Source: Candidatus Woesearchaeota archaeon
GTDB taxonomy: Archaea > Nanobdellota > Nanobdellia > UBA10117 > ARS21
Reading direction: 5' to 3'
DNA length: 64,000 nt
Assembly: GCA_964344605.1 (NCBI GenBank)
Contig: CAYFNR010000003.1
Coordinates: 1,289 to 65,288 of the forward strand
Shown in pieces: positions 55,213 through 62,650 of the stretch. The first letter of the stretch is position 1, and every line of letters starts with the position of its first letter. The notes beneath the pieces were generated by a model, which was not told the origin of the DNA, did not search any database, and saw only the letters and a program-made list of their open reading frames with translations. The translations under genes were made by a program, and so were the position numbers.

Positions 55213-55809
55213 CTACTCCAGAACTCTAACTCCCTTCCTTATAATCTTACCACTTAGTTTGTCCTGCTTTTTCTTCAGTAGTCTTTCAATAGTAGCTATT
55301 TTTCGAACTCCAATAACTCGGGCAAAGGCATCCAAATTGTCCTCGCTCCTCAATCCGTAAACATCTTTGGAAAAGCTCGCAATTGCAATTGGTACCTTAT
55401 ATTTTTGTAAAATCCTAATGTTTTGCATGATTCTCCCAAGCAACAAGTGCCTGCGAGAAGTTTGTAAAATTCTTGAAAAATCTATACAATAAAATTTACC
55501 ATTTTCATACGCAATTTTAGCAAGTACTTGATTTATGTTGCTTCGCCGGTAGTGAGTATGTTCTCTTCCACTGATAGACTCTACATTCATAATTCCATCG
55601 ACACGTTTGTCTTCCAACAATTTTCTAATTAATTTCTCCTCTTCTGCAGATCCAAGAACTAAAGTTTCAGAAGAAGGGATCTTGTTGAGCTGCTTGAAGT
55701 CGGCCGCATTTTTTGGCCGGAAGACAACAGCTTTCATTGCGGATGAATATCCAAGCTCTGCTAGCCTGGCTAAAATTTCTTTGTCTTCTCTTAAGATTAA
55801 ATCTTGCAT
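55213..55809 (-). CDS. rnp3: RNase P protein component 3 (Rpp30 homologue), tentative
   Basis: ~200 aa TIM-barrel-like pattern: ...GIMNVE...HYRRSNINQVLAKIAYENGKFYCIDFSRIL...RHLLLGRIMQNIRILQKYKVPIAIASFSKDVYGLRSEDNLDAFARVIG. This resembles archaeal Rpp30, recognised from memory only. Confidence 0.55.
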   Translation of the reverse strand: MQDLILREDKEILARLAELGYSSAMKAVVFRPKNAADFKQLNKIPSSETLVLGSAEEEKLIRKLLEDKRVDGIMNVESISGREHTHYRRSNINQVLAKIAYENGKFYCIDFSRILQTSRRHLLLGRIMQNIRILQKYKVPIAIASFSKDVYGLRSEDNLDAFARVIGVRKIATIERLLKKKQDKLSGKIIRKGVRVLE

Positions 55810-55836
55810 AAGAATAAGAAAAAGTTGAAGTTTAAA

Positions 55837-56364
55837 TTACTTCCTTACAAGGCCTCTGGAACGCTTTCCGGCAGAAGTCAGTCCTCTATTCACTCTGCCA
55901 CGTTTAGTGGTTATCCAATTTATTTTCTTATCTGAAAGTATAACTGGATGGCTTCTGTCAACCATGATTACTTCATACCAAAGGCTCTTCCCATCGTCTG
56001 CAACCCAGTAAGAATTTAGAACTTCCATATTTGGATATGTTCTCACCGCACGGCCCTCAGCAAGCCTCTGCTTGCTTTGCGCAGGAGTTATTCTACTTCT
56101 TCCATATCTCTTCGGCCTTCTTCCTTTTGTAATTCTTGGCCTCTTAGTTCTTCCCTTCTTAATTCTTGTGCGGACAACTATGTATCCTTGCTTAGCTTTG
56201 TATCCTAAAGATCTTGCTCTATCAATTCTTGTAGGTTTGTCTATGCGAAGAACTGCTGGCTCTTTACGCCAACCAATAAGTCGAGCTTGCCATTCTTTTG
56301 CTCCAAAGCCCTTTTTAGGATTTTTCCAAATTTCTCTAACGTAATAGTATATTCCTTTCGCCAT
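55837..56364 (-). CDS. rpl15e: Ribosomal protein L15e
   Basis: YYYVREIWKNPKK, RLIGWRKEPAVLRIDKPTRIDRARSLGYKAKQGYIVVRTRIKKG. Confidence 0.9.
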   Translation of the reverse strand: MAKGIYYYVREIWKNPKKGFGAKEWQARLIGWRKEPAVLRIDKPTRIDRARSLGYKAKQGYIVVRTRIKKGRTKRPRITKGRRPKRYGRSRITPAQSKQRLAEGRAVRTYPNMEVLNSYWVADDGKSLWYEVIMVDRSHPVILSDKKINWITTKRGRVNRGLTSAGKRSRGLVRK

Positions 56365-56483
56365 TTTAAGGTTCGGGCCGGTCTTTGCCGGTGCTCCACA
56401 TTCCTCATGTTTAGGGATATTAGTAGCATTAAAAAAGCTTTCGGAGCGAATATATTATAAATCTGCGCTTCTCAGAATAGATA

Positions 56484-57119
56484 ATGGCTCTGTTTGCAGC
56501 TGGGGAGCTGGTTGACCTAGTAATACTTGTCGTTGCACTAGGATACATTTTTTCAGGTTTTGTCAAGAGGCCTCGCGACCCACTCGACAGATTAATGGCT
56601 AGGGGGCTAGATTGGGGAGATATTTGGTATGCAGCAGCTGTTGTTTCTCCAGCAGTAGTTTTACATGAACTGGCTCACAAAGGAATAGGATTGCTCTACG
56701 GTTTTGAATCGGTATTACACATAAGCATGTTTGGACTTGGAATAGGTGTTCTTCTTAGATTCTTCCACTCGCCAATAATTTTCTTTGTCCCTGCGTTTGT
56801 CGCATCGGTAGGATCTGTTCACCCAGAGCAATTTGCAATTCTAGCACTAGCTGGTCCAGCCACAAACTTCGTCCTGTACTGGATATCGGAAGGACTCTTC
56901 ATCAGCAGGCAATGGCCCAAGCTTAACCATGCTTTCATAATCTCAAAACAGATTAATCTTTGGCTGTTCATATTAAACATGATTCCAATTGGCATATTCG
57001 ACGGGGCAAAAGTGCTTTCAGGAAACCCAATGCTATATTTCTCATTCGCTGCTATTAGCGGCTCTCTGATTTATATAAATGAAAAAAGATGGAAAAAGTT
57101 ATATCGAAGACGGATTTAA
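56484..57119 (+). CDS. Membrane zinc metalloprotease, M50/site-2-protease-like
   Basis: Polytopic. HELAH in a TM segment plus downstream LNMIPIGIFDGAKV (NxxPxxxxDG-type third ligand motif). Confidence 0.65.
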   Translation: MALFAAGELVDLVILVVALGYIFSGFVKRPRDPLDRLMARGLDWGDIWYAAAVVSPAVVLHELAHKGIGLLYGFESVLHISMFGLGIGVLLRFFHSPIIFFVPAFVASVGSVHPEQFAILALAGPATNFVLYWISEGLFISRQWPKLNHAFIISKQINLWLFILNMIPIGIFDGAKVLSGNPMLYFSFAAISGSLIYINEKRWKKLYRRRI

Positions 57120-57128
57120 GGTGCTTAG

Positions 57129-57413
57129 ATGGAAAGCAAGCTTGTGAGAGCGCATGTCACTATTGAAGGAAGAGTTCAGAGAGTCTTTTTTAGGCTAAAT
57201 GCATCTGATGAAGCCAAGGAACTTGGACTTACAGGTTGGGTCAAAAATCTTCCTGATGGTTCTGTTGAGGCTGTGTTCGAAGGATCTGAAAACCTAGTAA
57301 AAGAAATGCTGTTATGGTGTAAAGATGGGCCCAGATTAGCCAAAGTTAAGAACATAAAAGTCGATTTTGAAGACGCGACAGGCGAATTTGAGAGTTTTAG
57401 AATAGTCACTTAA
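57129..57413 (+). CDS. acyP: Acylphosphatase
   Basis: VTIEGRVQRVFFRLNASDEAKELGLTGWVKNLPDGSVEAVFEG. 94 aa. Confidence 0.85.
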   Translation: MESKLVRAHVTIEGRVQRVFFRLNASDEAKELGLTGWVKNLPDGSVEAVFEGSENLVKEMLLWCKDGPRLAKVKNIKVDFEDATGEFESFRIVT

Positions 57414-57568
57414 TAGTTGTGCCTGTAATCTTAGAAAGTAGCGACTGAATTATATAAAAGACATACTATAAAGCAAACAATTCTTTTTAAAATAAAGTCA
57501 ATTCTGTATTATTCTAGAAGCCAGTTATGGGCTGAACAACTGCTTTTTCATGTGTTTAAAGGGTTAAA

Positions 57569-60313
57569 ATGGTAGAAAGGGCTCCAGTAATTGAAGGTAA
57601 AGAAAAGGTTCTTACTAAGGAACGAACAACTGGCTTAGAAGTTGATAGATTTTTTACAACTAAAGGAAAACACCCATTTGATAAGATAAAATGGGAGCTT
57701 AGGGACGCTACAATCAAAGATATGAAAGGAAATGTTGTATTTTCCCAGCAAGGTGTTGAAGTACCTTCGTTTTGGTCTCAAACGGCTACCAATATAGTTG
57801 TTTCAAAGTATTTCAGAGGCAAGCTTGGGACAGATCAGCGCGAAAAAAGCGGAAAGCAGCTTGTAGGGAGAGTCTCCAAAACCATAACAAGATGGGGTAA
57901 GGAAAAAGGTTATTTCAGAAGCAGAGAAGACTCTGAAGCATTTGAGGATGAGCTTACCTATATTTTAGTTAATCAAATGGCTGCTTTTAATTCACCCGTA
58001 TGGTTTAATGTGGGTGTAGAAGAAAAGCCTCAGTGTTCTGCATGCTTTATCAATTCTGTAAATGATGATATGAAATCCATTCTTAATTTGGCTGTCACGG
58101 AAGGCATGTTATTTAAGTATGGTTCTGGAACAGGCAGCAATCTATCGAGTATTCGTTCTTCAAGGGAGCTTCTTTCCGGAGGAGGCAAAGCCTCTGGTCC
58201 ATTGTCTTTCATGAAAGGATTTGATTCTTTTGCTGGCGCAATAAAGTCAGGTGGTAAAACAAGAAGGGCCGCAAAGATGGTTATCTTAGATGTAGATCAC
58301 CCAGATATTTTGGATTTCGTAATGTGTAAGGCTAGAGAAGAGAAAAAAGCTTGGGCCCTTATTGACTCAGGATATGACGGCTCAATTGATGGAGATGCAT
58401 ACTCTACAATTCAATACCAGAACGCAAATAACAGTATAAGAGCAACCGACGAATTCATGAGAGCTGTTGTTGAAGATAGAGAGTGGTCAACCAAATATGT
58501 AACAAATGGAGAGATTGCCGACACTTACAAAGCAAAGGACATACTTGTAAAAATCGCCGAAGCAACACACATATGTGGAGATCCAGGAATGCAGTTTGAT
58601 ACGACAATTAATAAATGGCATACCAGTCCAAATTCTGGAAGAATTAATGCAAGTAACCCTTGCTCTGAGTATATGTTTTTAGATGATACAGCATGCAACC
58701 TTTCATCCATTAATCTCATGACTTGCAAGGATGAGAAAGGACGATTCGACACAGAGAAATTCAAGCATATAGTAAAGATTATGACTTTGTCAAAAGAGAT
58801 AATTGTTGGATCTGCAAGCTATCCTACTCCTGCAATTGAAAAGAACAGCCTTCTTTACAGGACTCTTGGTTTAGGTTATGCGAATCTTGGGGCTCTACTA
58901 ATGTCTCGCGGATTGGCTTATGACAGTGACGAAGGAAGGAACTTTGCTGCATCCATTACCTCTCTAATGAGCGGACATGCTTACTACATATCTGCACAGA
59001 TGTCAGAAGCTATGGGACCGTGTGAGGGCTACAAAGAGAATGATGAACCATTCAGAAATGTAGTTAATATGCACAGAAAAGCCGCATACAAATTAAAAGC
59101 TAAAGGAGTTCCAACCGACTTACTGGAAGCATCCAAAAGAGTCTGGGACACAGCACATGAGCACGGTTCAATTTATGGATTCAGAAACTGCCAAGTTTCC
59201 GTCATTGCTCCAACTGGAACGATTGCATTCTTAATGGATTGTGATACAACAGGCATAGAGCCCGATATTGCCTTAGTAAAGTACAAGTGGCTCGTTGGGG
59301 GCGGAACAATCAAGATAGTAAATAGGACTGTTTCTGAGGCCTTGGATCGCATTGGTTACAGTAAAAAGCAAAGAGAGGACATACTTACTCACTTGAAGGA
59401 CAAAGATACTATTGAGGGTGCGCCTCACTTGAAGGAGGAACATGTTCCTATATTTGACTGCGCATTCAAGCCCGCAAATGGAGAAAGATTCATTCACCAC
59501 ATGGGACATGTAAAAATGGTAGGAGCCGTTCAGCCGTTCATCTCCGGAGCCATATCTAAAACAGTTAATGTTCCTGAGAACGCAACTGTTGAGGAAATAG
59601 CTAACGCATATATTGAAGCTTGGAAATTAGGTGTGAAAGCAATAGCTATTTACAGAGACGGTTCAAAGAGGACACAGCCTCTGACTACAAAAGTCAGGGA
59701 AAAGGAAGGTGGTGTGGAGGTTGTTAAAACCCAGAGAAGACGCATGCCTGTGGACCACAACTCAAAAACGCACAAGTTCAGAATAGGAACTCACGAAGGT
59801 TATATGACTGTAGGTGTATATAATGATGGTTCACCTGGAGAGATTTTCATAAAGATGTCCAAAGAAGGAAGTACAATTTCCGGACTCATGGACTCTTTTG
59901 CAATTGCAGTTTCCCTTGCCCTACAGCACGGAACGCCTTTGAAGATATTAATTAGGAGATTTATCAACACCAGATTTGAACCTTATGGGTACACTAGCAA
60001 TCCAAACATCCGAGTTGCAAGATCTATCGTTGACTACATCTTTAGATGGCTCGCCGTAAACTTCCTCGACGAAAGAGATTTGGAAGAGCTTGGAGTACCT
60101 AAACCTGAATCTAAGTCTATCCAAAAACTACCTGAATACAAGCAGCTTAAATTCGAAGGAGAAACTGAGAAGAGTGATCCAAATAATTTGAGGCTAACAA
60201 TAAATGCTCAGTCAGATGCTCCTCCTTGCTCTGGATGTGGCTCGTTGATGGTCAGAAGTGGATCTTGCTATGTGTGCTTCAACTGTGGACAAAACTCCAG
60301 CTGCTCAGGTTAA
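57569..60313 (+). CDS. nrdJ: Adenosylcobalamin-dependent (class II) ribonucleotide reductase
   Basis: SACFINSV, GSGTGSNLSSIRS, ASNPCSEYMFLDDTACNLSSINL, ISKTVNVPE, AIYRDGSK. C-terminal Cys4 ribbon CSGCGSLMVRSGSCYVCFNCG. No intein-sized insertion seen. Confidence 0.9.
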   Translation: MVERAPVIEGKEKVLTKERTTGLEVDRFFTTKGKHPFDKIKWELRDATIKDMKGNVVFSQQGVEVPSFWSQTATNIVVSKYFRGKLGTDQREKSGKQLVGRVSKTITRWGKEKGYFRSREDSEAFEDELTYILVNQMAAFNSPVWFNVGVEEKPQCSACFINSVNDDMKSILNLAVTEGMLFKYGSGTGSNLSSIRSSRELLSGGGKASGPLSFMKGFDSFAGAIKSGGKTRRAAKMVILDVDHPDILDFVMCKAREEKKAWALIDSGYDGSIDGDAYSTIQYQNANNSIRATDEFMRAVVEDREWSTKYVTNGEIADTYKAKDILVKIAEATHICGDPGMQFDTTINKWHTSPNSGRINASNPCSEYMFLDDTACNLSSINLMTCKDEKGRFDTEKFKHIVKIMTLSKEIIVGSASYPTPAIEKNSLLYRTLGLGYANLGALLMSRGLAYDSDEGRNFAASITSLMSGHAYYISAQMSEAMGPCEGYKENDEPFRNVVNMHRKAAYKLKAKGVPTDLLEASKRVWDTAHEHGSIYGFRNCQVSVIAPTGTIAFLMDCDTTGIEPDIALVKYKWLVGGGTIKIVNRTVSEALDRIGYSKKQREDILTHLKDKDTIEGAPHLKEEHVPIFDCAFKPANGERFIHHMGHVKMVGAVQPFISGAISKTVNVPENATVEEIANAYIEAWKLGVKAIAIYRDGSKRTQPLTTKVREKEGGVEVVKTQRRRMPVDHNSKTHKFRIGTHEGYMTVGVYNDGSPGEIFIKMSKEGSTISGLMDSFAIAVSLALQHGTPLKILIRRFINTRFEPYGYTSNPNIRVARSIVDYIFRWLAVNFLDERDLEELGVPKPESKSIQKLPEYKQLKFEGETEKSDPNNLRLTINAQSDAPPCSGCGSLMVRSGSCYVCFNCGQNSSCSG

Positions 60314-60314
60314 T

Positions 60315-60848
60315 ATGTCAATATCAACTAAAACTGGAGATAAAGGCAATACTTCTCTATTTGCTGGAGGTCGCACCAGAAAGAGTGCCGCACGTGTCAA
60401 GGCATATGGTGACGTAGATGAGCTTAATTCTCAACTGGGTCTGATTCTATCTGTGGACTGTATTAAAGAAACCAAACAGCTTGTTGGGAAAGTACAGCAC
60501 GAACTCTTTATTATGGGGGCTGATTTGAGCACTCCTCTTGAAAAAGATCAGAAGCGCATAACTTCAGAACGCGTTGACAAACTTACAGAAGACGTTGAAT
60601 TGCTCGAAGGCAAACTTGAACCTCTGAAATATTTCATACTTCCTGGAGGGTCTTCAACAGCTGCACAATTGCACATTGCCAGAACAATCTGCCGGAGAGC
60701 AGAGCGCTCAGTGGTTGACTTAGCAGACGGAGAGAAAGTCAATCCTGAAGTTGTAGGGTACTTAAACAGATTGTCAGACTTACTTTTCCTTTTGGCAAGG
60801 TGGGAGAATAAATTAAGGGGCTTAGGAGACGTCAAGGTGGAGTTTTAG
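60315..60848 (+). CDS. pduO: PduO-type ATP:cob(I)alamin adenosyltransferase
   Basis: TKTGDKGNTSLFAGGRTRKSAARVKAYGDVDELNSQLG, FILPGGS, AAQLHIARTICRRAER. ATG lies 1 nt after the nrdJ stop. Confidence 0.85.
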   Translation: MSISTKTGDKGNTSLFAGGRTRKSAARVKAYGDVDELNSQLGLILSVDCIKETKQLVGKVQHELFIMGADLSTPLEKDQKRITSERVDKLTEDVELLEGKLEPLKYFILPGGSSTAAQLHIARTICRRAERSVVDLADGEKVNPEVVGYLNRLSDLLFLLARWENKLRGLGDVKVEF

Positions 60849-60985
60849 CCAATTAAACTTGAAACTCCCTTCGCAAGAAGAATAGCTATTACTACTATTT
60901 TAATTGTATTAAGTACGCCCAAATCGGACATGAACAAAAAAGTTGCAGCTAAGAGATCTATGACGCCCATTACTTGAACTATCAT
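60845..60985 (-). CDS. Possible small hydrophobic protein, 46 aa (MIVQVMGVIDLLAATFLFMSDLGVLNTIKIVVIAILLAKGVSSLIG)
   Basis: Fills the 145-nt gap between pduO and glyS. Two hydrophobic segments. Could be co-transcribed with glyS or use CCTTAAAAG about 25 nt upstream. Confidence 0.3.
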   Translation of the reverse strand: MIVQVMGVIDLLAATFLFMSDLGVLNTIKIVVIAILLAKGVSSLIG

Positions 60986-60993
60986 GTCCCAAT

Positions 60994-62433
60994 CTAAAAC
61001 TTCAAACTTTTAAGGATTTCTTTGGCCGAGACTCTTTGCTGTTTCATTGAATCTCTTTCACGAATTGTAACTGTTCCGTCTTTTAGAGTATCATAATCCA
61101 CTGTAACGCAGTAAGGAGTTCCTCTTTCATCTTGCCTTCTGTATCTTTTACCTATTGAACCGGCGTCGTCATAAACAGCTACTAAGCTTCTTGACAGTTC
61201 GTTGAAAATCTTATGGGCCTTCTTTGGCAAATCATCTTTCTTTACTAAAGGAAAAACTGCTACTTGTACTGGCGCCATCTTTGGGGGCAATTTGAGAAGC
61301 ACTCTTTTTTCTCCCTTAACTTTGTCTTCAGAAAGGAATAAATCAAGCAGAGCAAATGTTGGCCTGTCCGAACCAAAGGCAACTTCAAGAATGTTAGGAT
61401 ATTGCCCTCCAATCTCAAGTTTCGACTTTGAATGCTTTGCATGTTGTTTTAAATCGTAATCTTGACGGTCGTGAACTCCACAAAGTTCTACCCAACCATA
61501 TGTGTTTGTCTTAACTTCCAAATCCCATGCGTCTGCAGCGTAATGGGCCATTTCATCTTTTCCATGCTGCCTGGCCCTTATTTTGTTTTCAGGTATGCCC
61601 AAATCCAGCAAAAACCTGTAAGCTGTTGCAAGACACCAAGCGTAGGATTTTGTTGAAATCCATTTCTTTTTCATTGCAGAATCTAAAGCAATATTCGCAG
61701 GTTTCTTCCCATCCTTCTGAAAATTCTCAGGCCAGAAAGGTAAGGTCATCTTCTTAACATGTTCATACTCTGGAAAATCATTTTTATCTAAAATAAAAAC
61801 TTGAGCTTCTGCTTGTGTAAATTCTCTACCTCTCAAAACATTCTGTCTTGGGGAAATTTCATTCCTGAAAGCCTTTCCAATCTGAAAAACTTTAATTGGC
61901 AGCTTCTTTCTAAAAAAGTCATAGTAGTTTGGGAAGGATAGATATGTCGTAGTTGCTGTTTCGGGCCTATTATAAGCCTCCTGGTCTTGCCCCAATGTAG
62001 TCTTCATCATCAGATTATAATCTTCAATTTTGTAAAGGAAATCCCCATTGCAATTTGGACATCTTATCCCTTCATCTTTTATGAAATCAAGTAGTTTTTT
62101 TCTTGGCCATGCTCCAGCAGAAACGTCTTTTTTCTCTTCTGCCAGCCTATCAGCCCTGAACGATGCTTTGCACTTCTTACATTTTATCAAAGGATCAACG
62201 AATCCCTTCAAATGTCCTGAAGCTTTCCAAACAATTCTTGGGGAGACAATCGGAGATTCCATCTCCCAAAAACCGGCTCTGCGGAAGATTTCTCTAATCT
62301 CTCTCTCAACGTTGTCTTTGAGGAGTTTGCCCATAGGTCCATAAGAATAGAATCCAGCTACTCCACCATAAATTTCTGGTTCCGGACCCCAAATAAACCC
62401 ATTTTTCTTGGCAAATGCAACTACGTCAACCAT
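60994..62433 (-). CDS. glyS: Glycyl-tRNA synthetase (archaeal/eukaryal alpha2 type)
   Basis: KKNGFIWGPEPEIYGGVAGFYSYGPMG, FRNEISPRQNVLRGREFTQAE, GSDRPTF, anticodon-binding C-terminus. ATG 62433 is preferred (CTTTTTTAATC about 27 nt upstream) over the track start at 62514. Confidence 0.85.
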   Translation of the reverse strand: MVDVVAFAKKNGFIWGPEPEIYGGVAGFYSYGPMGKLLKDNVEREIREIFRRAGFWEMESPIVSPRIVWKASGHLKGFVDPLIKCKKCKASFRADRLAEEKKDVSAGAWPRKKLLDFIKDEGIRCPNCNGDFLYKIEDYNLMMKTTLGQDQEAYNRPETATTTYLSFPNYYDFFRKKLPIKVFQIGKAFRNEISPRQNVLRGREFTQAEAQVFILDKNDFPEYEHVKKMTLPFWPENFQKDGKKPANIALDSAMKKKWISTKSYAWCLATAYRFLLDLGIPENKIRARQHGKDEMAHYAADAWDLEVKTNTYGWVELCGVHDRQDYDLKQHAKHSKSKLEIGGQYPNILEVAFGSDRPTFALLDLFLSEDKVKGEKRVLLKLPPKMAPVQVAVFPLVKKDDLPKKAHKIFNELSRSLVAVYDDAGSIGKRYRRQDERGTPYCVTVDYDTLKDGTVTIRERDSMKQQRVSAKEILKSLKF

Positions 62434-62519
62434 ATGCCCACTAAGATGTGATAGATTAAAAAAGTTGCGAGTTAACAGAATCGATAGACTTAAAAAGCTA
62501 GTTCCGAGGCCCAACTACA

Positions 62520-62648
62520 ATGAAATGCCCAGTATGCAAGTCCGATAAGCTCAAAACAGAGATTGGCGGACTGGTTCAAGTATACAAATGTAAAAAGTGT
62601 AACTATAGTGGAGACTTTATTCTTGATGAAGAAGAAGCTATTGCTTAG
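62520..62648 (+). CDS. Possible small zinc-ribbon protein, 42 aa (MKCPVCKSDKLKTEIGGLVQVYKCKKCNYSGDFILDEEEAIA)
   Basis: CPVC...CKKC pair of knuckles. ACTTAAAAAGC about 25 nt upstream. Exactly fills the glyS-metE gap. Confidence 0.35.
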   Translation: MKCPVCKSDKLKTEIGGLVQVYKCKKCNYSGDFILDEEEAIA

Positions 62649-62650
62649 TC

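Noticed and set aside
56365-56483. GC-rich patch (GGTTCGGGCCGGTCTTTGCCGGTGCTCC) upstream of rpl15e as a possible small RNA.
   Set aside because: Only a 4-5 bp CCGG/CCGG hairpin can be drawn, with no tRNA or C/D-box features. It is more simply a structured 5' leader of rpl15e. The 62-aa ORF over it (56241-56429) overlaps the rpl15e 5' end and upstream leader and is treated as spurious.
57414-57568. Possible cobalamin riboswitch upstream of nrdJ.
   Set aside because: The gap is only 155 nt and AT-rich. I could not find a B12-box-like GC-rich core or the multi-helix junction. Only a short hairpin plus T-run is visible, so it is left as a note under the nrdJ finding.
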